Source: a virus (taxonomy: Duplodnaviria > Caudoviricetes). Taken from it: 64,000 bases of DNA. The DNA lies in the IMG/VR virus record IMGVR_UViG_3300025401_000648; one strand, 5' to 3'. Below the pieces are notes generated by a model. That model made no database searches. It saw only the letters and a program-made list of their open reading frames with translations, and was not told the origin of the DNA. Below are positions 20,423-30,139 of the stretch, piece by piece; within the stretch, counting starts at the first letter, position 1; each line of letters starts with the position of its first letter. Made by a program: the position numbers and the translations under genes.

Positions 20423-20968
20423 ATGTCACAATTCATTTGGCCAGCATCGTTTGCTTGTACTCTTGTTAACGAAAAAATTATTTTACCCACAACATACAAT
20501 ATTAGTGTGAGTATTGCTCCCGAGTATAAGGGACGCCCTGATGTTAATATAGGACTAAGAAAATTAAAAGCATTTATTGATATTAGACTACAAAATAGTA
20601 TATTTGTTTTTAACGATAACCCCCTAGTCAAAACATTAGATGGTGTGGTCAATAACGCAGTTATGTTTCCATCAGAACCTTACGATTATTTTGTAGGGTG
20701 TGTATTATTTCGAAAATTCTTGGTAATTACTCAAAATTATTTAGACATTGAATTTATTTCTATTGACAGCCTTGTTGGCGGCCATGTACAATACAGTATA
20801 GAAGATCCAGAAGAATCCGGTTTAGATCTAGACGGAAACTTTTGGTGGAATTTAGATACTTTGTATACAGGATCGTTAAATGATGTTAAATGGGATGACC
20901 TCAACATTGACACTGGTCCAAAATTTGAACCAAAGATTGTTCGAGGCGGATTGAGTGAAAACAAATAA
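20423..20968 (+). CDS. Hypothetical protein
   Basis: 181-aa ORF tightly packed in operon. Confidence 0.7.
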   Translation: MSQFIWPASFACTLVNEKIILPTTYNISVSIAPEYKGRPDVNIGLRKLKAFIDIRLQNSIFVFNDNPLVKTLDGVVNNAVMFPSEPYDYFVGCVLFRKFLVITQNYLDIEFISIDSLVGGHVQYSIEDPEESGLDLDGNFWWNLDTLYTGSLNDVKWDDLNIDTGPKFEPKIVRGGLSENK

Positions 20969-21473
20969 GTATGGGCAAGTAACAATTACAGAACAAGAGG
21001 CAGTTAATGCCTTATACGAAGGTGTGATTGACAACTTGGAAAACGTCTATATTGATAACATCGATGTAATCACCAAATATAACCAATCCCGCGAAATAAA
21101 CGCTGATCGAATTCCCGAACTAAAAATCCCAGATTTATTATCAATTTCCATAGAGGAATTTGATAAAATTAACCAAAGTATTTGGTTTATGCCTGGGGAG
21201 TATAAAAATTTAGATATAGATTTTATCTATTCTAAATGTAGTACACCAGAACAACATGCCAGGGTTACAGAGGAATTAGAACTGTTCTATCAACATAATA
21301 TGATCGACCTGTTGAAGTATATTAAATACTTGGTAGATACTATGCGTAAAAATAATATTGTTTGGGGTGTAGGACGTGGAAGTAGTGTAGCAAGTTATGT
21401 ACTATTTCTATTAGGTGTACACAAAGTTGACAGTATTAAATATAACCTAGATATAAATGAATTCTTAAAATAA
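20955..21473 (+). CDS. Stand-alone fragment homologous to DNA polymerase III alpha (DnaE) palm region
   Basis: RVTEELELF...NNIVWGVGRGSSVASYVLFLLGVHKVDSIKYNLDINEFLK aligns with DnaE GPGRGSxAGSLVAY.L.IT..DP....LLFERFL and stops there. Confidence 0.8.
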   Translation: MKTNKYGQVTITEQEAVNALYEGVIDNLENVYIDNIDVITKYNQSREINADRIPELKIPDLLSISIEEFDKINQSIWFMPGEYKNLDIDFIYSKCSTPEQHARVTEELELFYQHNMIDLLKYIKYLVDTMRKNNIVWGVGRGSSVASYVLFLLGVHKVDSIKYNLDINEFLK

Positions 21474-21484
21474 GGAGAAACAAT

Positions 21485-21766
21485 ATGGTATACAAAACAA
21501 TGCGTGGTAAACCGATTGATATGGACAAATTAAAGGGCCAACATGAGCTCATGCCAGCTATTGGCAACATGAAAGTAAATGCTCGTGGAGATAAGTTAGG
21601 TCCAGGTGGACAGATAGTAAAAAAGCGTGAAGAAATTGTAGCCGAATATTATCAGCACAATCCCAAGGCTAGGGTTGAAGTAAAGCAAGAGACTGCTCCT
21701 GCGGTTGAACCAGAAGTAGTTAAGCCAGCATCAACTGCTCCAAAAAAAGTACCAGCGAGTGAATAA
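21485..21766 (+). CDS. Hypothetical protein
   Basis: Strong SD AAGGAG; 93 aa. Confidence 0.75.
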   Translation: MVYKTMRGKPIDMDKLKGQHELMPAIGNMKVNARGDKLGPGGQIVKKREEIVAEYYQHNPKARVEVKQETAPAVEPEVVKPASTAPKKVPASE

Positions 21767-22111
21767 ATGACAAAAGTAATAGGAACTATTAAACCATTAG
21801 GTGCCAAAGTATTTGTATCTGATATGGATTTTGGATCACAACAAACTAGCAGTGGTATCTATATACCTAGCACAGACGGTAAGCCTGAAGGTATTTCTCC
21901 ACGCTGGGGCAAGGTTTGGGCAGTGGGCCCAGATCAAACAGATGTTAGTATTGGAGAATGGATCCTAGTTGAACATGGACGATGGACTCGTACTGTCGAA
22001 GTTGAACAAGAGGATGGCAGTATTTTAAAAGTACGCATGGTAGACGCTAACGATATCATGATGAGTGCTGACGAAAAACCTCAAGATCAAATCTATCGTA
22101 GATTGGATTAA
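21767..22111 (+). CDS. groES: GroES-like co-chaperonin
   Basis: IKPLGAKVFV, TSSGIYIP mobile loop, GKVWAVGP, VSIGEWIL. Confidence 0.8.
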   Translation: MTKVIGTIKPLGAKVFVSDMDFGSQQTSSGIYIPSTDGKPEGISPRWGKVWAVGPDQTDVSIGEWILVEHGRWTRTVEVEQEDGSILKVRMVDANDIMMSADEKPQDQIYRRLD

Positions 22112-22117
22112 AAACAT

Positions 22118-22147
22118 TTGACATTGTAATAGATCCCATGTTACTAT
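22118..22147 (+). promoter_or_regulatory. Sigma70-type promoter
   Basis: TTGACA-18nt-TACTAT with TGn extended -10. Confidence 0.65.
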
Positions 22148-22153
22148 AAACAC

Positions 22154-22402
22154 ATGGGATTCAAATACTGTTACAATATAGAAAACGCTGTCCGTGAGAT
22201 ACACAGGGCAACAAGAGACGCCACTAACCCACTTAATGATGGGTTTATCATGTGGGGCGCAAAACAAGATTTATATAGACTAAAATGGATTTTAGAAGAT
22301 TCATTGCGTCGTTGTGGATCATTTGGTTCTACGGAACAGGAATGGCTCAAAGAACAAGAGCAAGAAAAAATAATAAAAATTTTAAAAAATGATATTCAAT
22401 AA
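22154..22402 (+). CDS. Hypothetical protein
   Basis: 82-aa ORF directly after promoter. Confidence 0.65.
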   Translation: MGFKYCYNIENAVREIHRATRDATNPLNDGFIMWGAKQDLYRLKWILEDSLRRCGSFGSTEQEWLKEQEQEKIIKILKNDIQ

Positions 22403-22853
22403 AGTAAAACAACTAAAAGCAGATGGTAAAAAGATTGGTATAGTCTTTAGTCAATTTGATTTGCTTCATGCTGGGCACATTGCTATGTTGGCCGAAGTTA
22501 AAAACCATTGTGATTATCTAATTGCAGGTCTACAAACTAGTGCGGCAATTGATCGTCCAGATAGTAAAAATCCGCCAGTACAAAGTATTGTAGAAAGACA
22601 AATCCAATTAGCCGCAGTACGTTATGTGGATGAAATAGTTGTCTACCAAACTGAAAAAGACCTAGAAGATATCTTGCTTACATTGCCAATAGATGTTAGA
22701 ATATTAGGTGTAGAGTACAAAGACAAAGCATTTACCGGCAAAGACATTTGCAATATGCGTGGTATTCAAATTGTCTATAACGGCAGGGATCATAGTTTCT
22801 CATCAAGTAGCCTGCGTAAACGTGTGGCAGAAGCAGAAAGGACAAAGAAATGA
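22389..22853 (+). CDS. Cytidylyltransferase (TagD/glycerol-3-phosphate CT-like)
   Basis: FDLLHAGH (HxGH), AGLQT, ERQIQL..VRYVDEI, GRDHSFSSSSLR. Confidence 0.88.
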   Translation: MIFNKVKQLKADGKKIGIVFSQFDLLHAGHIAMLAEVKNHCDYLIAGLQTSAAIDRPDSKNPPVQSIVERQIQLAAVRYVDEIVVYQTEKDLEDILLTLPIDVRILGVEYKDKAFTGKDICNMRGIQIVYNGRDHSFSSSSLRKRVAEAERTKK

Positions 22854-23257
22854 GCCAGTACGGTACAGCATACGCAACAACAGCAAAACTCAGTAGTGGT
22901 AATAGGAAAAGACGTATTGGTTCAGTAAAACCAGCGACTTCACTAGGGTGGGATGAAGAACCAAAGGAAAAGAAAATGAATTTTTTAAAACGATGGCTAG
23001 TTAATATTGGCAAACGAGCCTATGAAGAAGAAAACATCCTAGCAATTAATGAAGCCACGGTTCAGGATTATCCAAGGTTAGATGGTAATCCACTACGGTT
23101 AAATGTGTATCGTGCTAGTGGCGGAACTATTGTTGAAACTAGTCAATATGATCAAATTAAAGATCGTAATTTTAATCAATTACATATTGTCACACATGAT
23201 CAGGATTTAGGTCAAAGTTTAGCAAAAATTATTACAATGGAGAGTTTACGTGGATAA
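22850..23257 (+). CDS. Hypothetical protein
   Basis: 135-aa ORF, ATGA overlap. Confidence 0.7.
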   Translation: MSQYGTAYATTAKLSSGNRKRRIGSVKPATSLGWDEEPKEKKMNFLKRWLVNIGKRAYEEENILAINEATVQDYPRLDGNPLRLNVYRASGGTIVETSQYDQIKDRNFNQLHIVTHDQDLGQSLAKIITMESLRG

Positions 23258-23402
23258 ATGTCCAACATGTGGTGAAAAACTTTCAGAAGACACTGTGATG
23301 GCGTGTGTTTGGCAACAGGGTCGATGCCCCTATCGACCACCGATGATTGATCTCGGGCAGGTGTTTAATAAATTAATTAATTGGCTCAAAGGAAAAAAAT
23401 GA
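23250..23402 (+). CDS. Small Cys-containing protein (below ORF-track cut-off)
   Basis: GTG start; MDKCPTCGEKL...ACVWQQGRCP, 50 aa, exactly fills the gap and overlaps both neighbours. Confidence 0.6.
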   Translation: MDKCPTCGEKLSEDTVMACVWQQGRCPYRPPMIDLGQVFNKLINWLKGKK

Positions 23403-24319
23403 AAGAACTATGGGTAGAGAAGTATCGTCCAAAAACTATTGATGGCTATGTTTTTAAAGACACCGCGCACAAACGGCAAATTTCAGAGTGGATCAAAGAA
23501 GGCACCATTCCGCATTTGTTGATGAGTGGACCACCCGGTATTGGCAAAACTACCTTGGCCAAGATCCTACTTAATGAACTTGAAATATCAGAGTATGACG
23601 TTTTAGAAGTTAATGCCAGTCGAGAAACAGGTATTGATTTTATTCGTGATAAGATTGTACCATTTATCAGCATGATCCCGTTTGGTCCATTTAAAGTTGT
23701 ATTACTAGATGAGGCAGATCGATTGAGTCAAAACGCACAGGATAGTCTAAAAGGTATTATTGAAGAATACTCTGCTCACGCAAGATTTATTTTAACCTGT
23801 AATAATCCCAATCGTGTACAAAAACCATTACATAGTCGTTGTACACCCATGCACTTTGTCAGTGTTGATCAAACAGAATTTACTGCTAGAGCCGCAACTA
23901 TTCTAGTTGAAGAAGGCATTGATTTTGATTTAGATACTTTGGATACTTATGTTAAGGTAACTTATCCAGATTTGCGTAAATGTATTAAACTTTTACAGAG
24001 CAACTGTGTTGCCGGTAAATTATTAAATCCAAGAGACGAAGATGTTGGTGTAAGTGATTACAAACTTGAAATGGTTGAACTTTTTAAACGAGGAGACATT
24101 CAAGGCGCAAGAAAATTGTTGTGTAGTAGAGCTCAAGAAGATGATATGGAAATGATCTTCCGTTGGCTGTATGATAATTTAGATATATTTGGTAGTGATG
24201 AACAGACTAAAGATTCTGCTATATTGATTATTAAACAAGGCCTAGTTGATAATTCTTTATGTGCTGATCATGAAATTAATTTGGCCGCAACACTGATCAA
24301 ACTGGCAAGGCTACAATGA
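23399..24319 (+). CDS. Clamp loader AAA+ subunit (RFC small / T4 gp44-like)
   Basis: LWVEKYRP, GPPGIGKTT, EVNAS, VLLDEAD, FILTCN, SRC. Confidence 0.92.
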   Translation: MKELWVEKYRPKTIDGYVFKDTAHKRQISEWIKEGTIPHLLMSGPPGIGKTTLAKILLNELEISEYDVLEVNASRETGIDFIRDKIVPFISMIPFGPFKVVLLDEADRLSQNAQDSLKGIIEEYSAHARFILTCNNPNRVQKPLHSRCTPMHFVSVDQTEFTARAATILVEEGIDFDLDTLDTYVKVTYPDLRKCIKLLQSNCVAGKLLNPRDEDVGVSDYKLEMVELFKRGDIQGARKLLCSRAQEDDMEMIFRWLYDNLDIFGSDEQTKDSAILIIKQGLVDNSLCADHEINLAATLIKLARLQ

Positions 24320-24666
24320 ACTCTAATCAAATATTATACGGAACACTAGTTTGGGCTGTACTGATTGGTATTACTTATACACATTGCAAATGGTCCAACA
24401 TAAAAAATTGTTTTAAAATGTGGTTTACCAAAGAGTATTGGACAGATTACAACACCGTTGAAGCCGCTAGTTGGTTTGCTAAAGCTGTGATCATAGTGCC
24501 TGGATTAATATTCGGAATACAAATTTGGTGGCTTTATTTTTTAACATTGGCCACTAGTGTTAGTTTGATTTGGGCCAGTAACAAAAAATTACTGCCAACA
24601 CTTGTGGGATTCAATACTCTATGGGTATGGATTAGTTGTATGGTGTTGGCACAGCATTTACTATAA
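24316..24666 (+). CDS. Hypothetical membrane protein
   Basis: Several hydrophobic segments. Confidence 0.7.
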   Translation: MNSNQILYGTLVWAVLIGITYTHCKWSNIKNCFKMWFTKEYWTDYNTVEAASWFAKAVIIVPGLIFGIQIWWLYFLTLATSVSLIWASNKKLLPTLVGFNTLWVWISCMVLAQHLL

Positions 24667-24670
24667 AATA

Positions 24671-24706
24671 ACCGCACAGTCGATAGCAGGTCGAATACTG
24701 TGCGGT
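24671..24706. terminator. Hairpin between convergent genes (possible terminator or processing site)
   Basis: ACCGCACAGT (24671-24680) pairs with ACTGTGCGGT (24697-24706), plus inner CGA/TCG. Confidence 0.5.
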
Positions 24707-24728
24707 GATTTCGTTAGTAAATTTGTTG

Positions 24729-25487
24729 TTACTCGATATCCGATTCCTTGTAAATTTTTAATATTTCCTTAACCACTGGATGACGTTCAACATCCTTGGC
24801 TTCAAACCGTGCCATAGCTATCATACGATAATCACCTCCTTGGCCGTATAATGAGCAGAATTCTAGCAGTCCATTCTCTCTTGGACGATCAGCTTGATTT
24901 AAATCTCCAGTTACTACCATTCGGCTACCATCTCCCAATCTGGTTAATAACATTTTCATCTGACTTGGTGTAGCATTTTGCATTTCGTCAGCGATGACAA
25001 AAGCATTTTTGAAAGTGCGTCCACGCATATAGGCTAATGGGCTAATTTCAATGACACCATCTTCCAACATTTCAGCAATTTCTTTTGGATGGAAATATTC
25101 TTCAAACACATCCATAATAGGACGGGTCCAAGGTTCCATCTTTTGATTTAAGGTTCCTGGTAAAAATCCATGTTCCTCATCTACACTTACAGCTGGCCTT
25201 GTGACTACAATTTTACTAATCACCCCCTCTTTTAGATTTTTAATGGCCATCTGTACACCCAACATAGTTTTACCTGTACCGGCTGGGCCGATAGCAAAAA
25301 CAATGTATTTTTTGGGGTTTTTTAACAATTCTAGGTAGTTTTCCTGCGCAATACTGCGTGGAACTATAAGAACTTGTTGCTTTTTTTTCAGGTAAGGTTT
25401 GATAGCAATCATGTTACCTGCTTCAGGTTGGAATCGTGGGTCACGATAAACCTGGTCTTTTTCATTGCGTCTTCTTGCTCTGGACAA
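24729..25487 (-). CDS. phoH: PhoH-like ATPase
   Basis: GPAGTGKT, IVVTRPAV, GFLPG, LAYMRGRTF, ADEMQN, VTGDLNQAD, RHPVV; TTG start after GGAGG. Confidence 0.93.
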   Translation of the reverse strand: MSRARRRNEKDQVYRDPRFQPEAGNMIAIKPYLKKKQQVLIVPRSIAQENYLELLKNPKKYIVFAIGPAGTGKTMLGVQMAIKNLKEGVISKIVVTRPAVSVDEEHGFLPGTLNQKMEPWTRPIMDVFEEYFHPKEIAEMLEDGVIEISPLAYMRGRTFKNAFVIADEMQNATPSQMKMLLTRLGDGSRMVVTGDLNQADRPRENGLLEFCSLYGQGGDYRMIAMARFEAKDVERHPVVKEILKIYKESDIE

Positions 25488-25613
25488 ATTATGCCTCCAT
25501 TAATTGAAGATCGACCTGCATGGATATTTAATTTGAAATCAAAAAACATACCCAAAACGGGTAAAAATTGAACCTAGTACCAAGAGCATAAATAATACAG
25601 TAAAGAGAAAACT

Positions 25614-26138
25614 ATGCATGATATCCTTGATGTAATTAAAAACCTCCAAACACTAAGTGAAAACAATAGTGCCTTTAATACCCTGAAAGATTTTGAAAGG
25701 GTCATTGATGAGCTTGATATCTATGTTTACAAGAATTGGTTGGATGGAGAACTAGTAGCAGGCCCAGATGTTAGCCGATATGGTGTAACATGTAGTTTCA
25801 TGTGGCCTAGACAAGATATGCCTGACCCACAAGGTGCTAAACGCCTATCAGACTATGGCTGTGAAGTACTGTATAAAAAAGAACATGTACTAGTTCCAAG
25901 AAAAATTAAAACTCCTGGAGATTATCGTCCAGGAACTAAGAAAGGTAAAATTGATGCGCATCCAGTTTGGGTAGTAGAAATTACCATGCCTAAGAAACTA
26001 ATGCAGGATATCTACGTTGGTAAAGAAAATAGAACACATAATCAAATGGCTGAATTAATGAAGTATAACAACACTGATACTATGATGCCAGATGAAACCG
26101 CACAGGAGTCGCCGCAAGATGTCGAACCAACCACGTAA
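25614..26138 (+). CDS. Hypothetical protein (late)
   Basis: ATAAATA upstream at ~25588; 174 aa. Confidence 0.75.
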   Translation: MHDILDVIKNLQTLSENNSAFNTLKDFERVIDELDIYVYKNWLDGELVAGPDVSRYGVTCSFMWPRQDMPDPQGAKRLSDYGCEVLYKKEHVLVPRKIKTPGDYRPGTKKGKIDAHPVWVVEITMPKKLMQDIYVGKENRTHNQMAELMKYNNTDTMMPDETAQESPQDVEPTT

Positions 26139-26871
26139 ATTAAACGAAAGCCTAAGACATGGTGACCTTAAGAATTATGTCAACGAAGTATTCACTGTGG
26201 ATCAATACAAAAGCAAAATGGGCGAAGATCAGGACATCGTTGTTCTGGGATTCCGTGTTAAAGAAAAATACCCAGCAATAGATCTAGTTGAGTTTATTGA
26301 AAAAGGATTCACATTTGTACTTGATGCTGATATGAGTACTGGTGAAGAACATGACGGGCAATATCAAGTTTTTGTTGAAATGGAACGTAATCATAGTTTA
26401 CCAGGCCATTTAAAGACTCTGTTGAATGGTATTAGCCAACTAACTGATAACCATGATTGGAAATATCGTTATCAAAAATCATCAGAAGTTGTAGATTTTA
26501 ACCTAACATCTATTACAGAACATATTCCTACTACCCCAGAAGAATACAAGGCTAAGATTTTAGAATTTAAAACACAAGATGTTCAAGAATTTTTTGATCA
26601 AGGCGCTATAGAAGTTGCCCTAGAATCTGATAACACCTTGACTTTTAGTAAACCATATAGTGGCGACTTAACAGCAAAATTTGTCGCTATTGGAGATTAT
26701 GAAGATGTAAAACAAACTGTACCAGGTCCATTAGCATTAGATGAAGCTAGTAACAGTCATGTAACATTTTTTAACAAATATTTAGGTAACTACGATATAA
26801 ACAAGGTTGGAGACAAGTTTTTGATTAGAAACGGTACCCGAGCGGTTGTCATCCAAAAAGATAGGTGGTAA
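26119..26871 (+). CDS. Hypothetical protein (N-terminus MSNQPRKLNES)
   Basis: ORF track 26092; start moved to ATG 26119. Confidence 0.7.
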   Translation: MSNQPRKLNESLRHGDLKNYVNEVFTVDQYKSKMGEDQDIVVLGFRVKEKYPAIDLVEFIEKGFTFVLDADMSTGEEHDGQYQVFVEMERNHSLPGHLKTLLNGISQLTDNHDWKYRYQKSSEVVDFNLTSITEHIPTTPEEYKAKILEFKTQDVQEFFDQGAIEVALESDNTLTFSKPYSGDLTAKFVAIGDYEDVKQTVPGPLALDEASNSHVTFFNKYLGNYDINKVGDKFLIRNGTRAVVIQKDRW

Positions 26872-26872
26872 T

Positions 26873-27337
26873 GTGTGGTTTTTAAACTTCATTCCAGATA
26901 GTTTATTACAATTTGCAATTTTAAGTGTTTTATTTACAGGCATAGGTTTATATATCCTAGGCATTTTTATAAACTTTTTCCCAGTATTTTATCCCTATAA
27001 AGAACCAATTCGCATACTAGCAACAATATTAATTGTAGCAGGTGTTTATGGAGAAGGCAGTTATGCTAATGAAATGTCATGGCGTATGAAAATTGCCGAA
27101 GCACAGGCCAAAATAGCACAGGCTGAGGCTAAATCAGCAGAAGTTAACACGGTCATTGAAACCAAAATTGTAAAACAAAAACAAATTGTACACGATAAAC
27201 AAATTGTGATACAAAAAGAAATACAAGTCAATGAAAAATTAATCGACGCTGAGTGTAAATTAAATCCTGTGGTTATCACAATTTTAAATGATGCGGCTAC
27301 AAATCCATTCTTAAAATCAACAGGAGATAAAAAATGA
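26873..27337 (+). CDS. Inner-membrane spanin (Rz-like)
   Basis: N-terminal TM segments, then coiled coil AEAQAKIAQAEAKS; upstream of lipoprotein and endolysin. Confidence 0.6.
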   Translation: MWFLNFIPDSLLQFAILSVLFTGIGLYILGIFINFFPVFYPYKEPIRILATILIVAGVYGEGSYANEMSWRMKIAEAQAKIAQAEAKSAEVNTVIETKIVKQKQIVHDKQIVIQKEIQVNEKLIDAECKLNPVVITILNDAATNPFLKSTGDKK

Positions 27338-27609
27338 AAAAACTTCTTTTAGTGTGTTCATTTTTAATTCTAACCGGGTGCGCTAGTCAAGGTGTACCAG
27401 TTACATATAAATTTCCAGAAGCTCCTGCCGACCTATTAGCAGTATGTCCAGATCTAGCACAATTAGATCCAGCTCAAACTAAGGAACTAAGCCAAGTACT
27501 AACCGGGGTAACTGCTAACTACTCACAATATTATGAGTGTAAGGCCAAAGTAGATAATTGGATTGAATGGTATAATTCGCAACAAAAGATTTTCAACGAT
27601 ATAAAATAA
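27334..27609 (+). CDS. Outer-membrane spanin lipoprotein (Rz1-like)
   Basis: Lipobox LTGC, Pro-rich FPEAPADLLAVCPDL, second Cys. Confidence 0.65.
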   Translation: MKKLLLVCSFLILTGCASQGVPVTYKFPEAPADLLAVCPDLAQLDPAQTKELSQVLTGVTANYSQYYECKAKVDNWIEWYNSQQKIFNDIK

Positions 27610-27618
27610 GGTAAACAC

Positions 27619-28023
27619 ATGAAACAAATATTCCTAGCAGTAATGATTTCAATGTTATCAGGATGTGCGGTATATGATGCTTACATGATGACACACTATG
27701 ATCCAAACGAATATGTTTTGATCACAAGTATTCGCGCAGAAGCACAGGCGTTTAAAACACAATGTGATGATGCCGCGATCAGCAAATTAAATGCTGTCAA
27801 ACTAGCCAGTGACACTCAGTTATTTGTGCTATATAGCGAACACATTCCAAAAAATGATAATTTGATATCAGCAAGCAAGGATTTACATACTATAGCACAG
27901 GGTCTAGCAGATCAATATGCTAAGTTTGATAAAGTGAGTCCAGGGTTTTGTAAAATTAAATTTACCAGCGTAGAGTCAAACGCTGACAAGATGCAAACAA
28001 CCATCGCAAGGAGACCAAGATGA
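27619..28023 (+). CDS. Predicted lipoprotein
   Basis: MKQIFLAVMISMLSGC lipobox. Confidence 0.7.
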   Translation: MKQIFLAVMISMLSGCAVYDAYMMTHYDPNEYVLITSIRAEAQAFKTQCDDAAISKLNAVKLASDTQLFVLYSEHIPKNDNLISASKDLHTIAQGLADQYAKFDKVSPGFCKIKFTSVESNADKMQTTIARRPR

Positions 28024-28280
28024 GCGTAGAAACATATCAAGGCCAATTGGGACAGGCCTACACAAGTCCTGATCCAGCAATCCAACAAGCGGCCAGTACT
28101 GCTAATCAATATACAGAAATGTTTAAAGCAGGTCAGCTTACCAAAGAAGAATACATGCAGGCTGTGGCAGATCTTAACAATACAGCACGAATTCAACAAT
28201 CCATGAATGATATGGCTAACTTAGAAATGTTAAATACAGCTATTAATGGATTGATTACATTAGCAAGTTTAGCGGGGTAA
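28020..28280 (+). CDS. Hypothetical helical protein
   Basis: 86-aa ORF, ATGA overlap. Confidence 0.7.
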   Translation: MSVETYQGQLGQAYTSPDPAIQQAASTANQYTEMFKAGQLTKEEYMQAVADLNNTARIQQSMNDMANLEMLNTAINGLITLASLAG

Positions 28281-28284
28281 AAAA

Positions 28285-28899
28285 ATGGCAGAACTAACAA
28301 AAGAACAACTAGCACAAATTATACCAGGTAATCCTTATTTGGATCACTGGTTTTCAGCATTATCACAAGCATTGCCCGACTACGATATCAATACGCCACA
28401 ACGTATGGCAGCTTTCCTAGCACAATGCGCTCACGAAAGTGGTGGATTCACTGCTATCAAAGAAAACTTAAACTACCAAGCGGCAAGTTTATGCCGTGTT
28501 TGGCCACATTATTTTAATGCTGGCAACGCCGACGGTTATGCTCATCAACCTGAAAAAATTGCTAATAGAGCGTATGCTAATCGCATGGGTAACGGTCCTG
28601 AAGAATCAGGCGACGGATATCGTTTCTGTGGTCGTGGCCTAATTCAATTGACTGGACGTAGCAACTATCAAGCATTTGCCGACAGTATTCAAGAAGATAT
28701 CAACAATTTACCAGACTACCTAGCAACATTTGAAGGCTGTGTACAATCAGCTTGTTGGTTCTGGGAAGCCAATAACTTAAATTCTGTGGCCGACGCCGGC
28801 GATATTCTTAGAATGACAAAAATTATTAATGGCGGGACATTGGGATTAGATGATCGCACAGCAAGGTATAAACACGCACTACAAGTTTTAGGAGCATAA
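28285..28899 (+). CDS. Glycoside hydrolase family 19 endolysin
   Basis: AAFLAQCAHESGGF, ENLNY, YANRMGNG, GRGLIQLTGRSNY, SACWFW, TKIINGG..GLDDR. Confidence 0.92.
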   Translation: MAELTKEQLAQIIPGNPYLDHWFSALSQALPDYDINTPQRMAAFLAQCAHESGGFTAIKENLNYQAASLCRVWPHYFNAGNADGYAHQPEKIANRAYANRMGNGPEESGDGYRFCGRGLIQLTGRSNYQAFADSIQEDINNLPDYLATFEGCVQSACWFWEANNLNSVADAGDILRMTKIINGGTLGLDDRTARYKHALQVLGA

Positions 28900-28903
28900 C
28901 ACT

Positions 28904-29494
28904 ATGGCATTATTAGATTCAGTATTAGGGTTGGTCACTAAACAACCTAAAGACCCAAACGCAGTTAAACCACCAGTTGGTTCACGTAGCGAACGAGAAG
29001 CAAAAGTTAAAGATAAAGCAGGTATGGTCATTAACATATTTGCTCTATTGTTGGCTGTAAACGTCTGGTACGGTGGCAAACTATCCAGCACAGTATTAAA
29101 CAACACAATCAAGGCCAGTGATGTTTATAGTTTTTATCAAGCCAAGAGTATCAAACAAACTCTAGCAGAAACAGCCTTATATGAAGCACAACAAAAGGGC
29201 GACAAACAACGTGTTGAATCACTTCAAGCCAAGATTGATCGTTATGAAAGCGACCCTAAGACAGGTGAAGGCAAAAAAGAATTACTGGCCAAAGCACAAA
29301 AACTAGAAGCTGAACGTGATGATGCTAAACAACGTAGCCCATGGATTGGATATGCTAGTACAGCGTATCAATTAAGCATTGTGGTATTATCAGCAAGTAT
29401 CCTTGCTGTCAGCATGCCAATGTTTTGGAGTAGTTTTGTTGTAGCAGGTATTGGCTTGGTATTGAGCCTAAACGGTTTATTTTTATGGTTTTAA
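28904..29494 (+). CDS. Membrane protein with periplasmic coiled coil (DUF4337-like)
   Basis: TM, then ASDVYSFYQAKSIKQ helical domain, then two C-terminal TMs. Confidence 0.6.
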   Translation: MALLDSVLGLVTKQPKDPNAVKPPVGSRSEREAKVKDKAGMVINIFALLLAVNVWYGGKLSSTVLNNTIKASDVYSFYQAKSIKQTLAETALYEAQQKGDKQRVESLQAKIDRYESDPKTGEGKKELLAKAQKLEAERDDAKQRSPWIGYASTAYQLSIVVLSASILAVSMPMFWSSFVVAGIGLVLSLNGLFLWF

Positions 29495-29505
29495 GGAGAG
29501 ATTAA

Positions 29506-30129
29506 ATGGCAAGTAGAAACGATAATTGGATGCAGACATTATGGCGCCCTATGATGGGGTGGATGTACATGTTGATTTGTACACTGGACATGGCAGTATT
29601 CCCTGTGCTATGGGCATTGTGGCAAGGTATGAATCATGTGCCTATTACACAATGGAATCCACTAACACTTCAAGGTGCTGGACTATTCCATATTGCCATG
29701 GGTGCTGTATTAGGTATCAGCGCATTTGGTCGCACACAAGAAAAACTAGCAGGAACAGCCGCAAACCCAACTGCTACAGAATCAATTACTCAAAATACCA
29801 CTAACATGAGTGGTGTACCAGCAGGAGGATTTGGCAATGGAAACAACTCATCATTCGGCGGGGCTCCAGCATTTGGCGCACCTTCAGCAGGAGGCTTCGG
29901 TTCCTCAGGCGGTTTTGGTTCACCAGCAACATCAGGGTTTGGAAACACCACGCTTGGCGGAAACAGCGCAAGTGGATTCGGCGGAGGGTTTGGGGCTACT
30001 ACGCCAAGCATGGCACCAACTCCAGCTCCAACAGCTTCAGCCCCAGCACCAGCACCAGTTACAGGCCAAGTGGCAGCAGGGTTTGGGGGAAAATTAGGAC
30101 CAGTCCCTGCGGCTGATCCAATCATTTAA
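29506..30129 (+). CDS. Holin-like protein (3TM type) with FG-rich disordered tail
   Basis: WRPMMGWMY...FHIAMGAVLGISAFGRTQEK resembles 3TM holins; located in lysis cassette. Confidence 0.65.
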   Translation: MASRNDNWMQTLWRPMMGWMYMLICTLDMAVFPVLWALWQGMNHVPITQWNPLTLQGAGLFHIAMGAVLGISAFGRTQEKLAGTAANPTATESITQNTTNMSGVPAGGFGNGNNSSFGGAPAFGAPSAGGFGSSGGFGSPATSGFGNTTLGGNSASGFGGGFGATTPSMAPTPAPTASAPAPAPVTGQVAAGFGGKLGPVPAADPII

Positions 30130-30139
30130 AGGAAATAAA

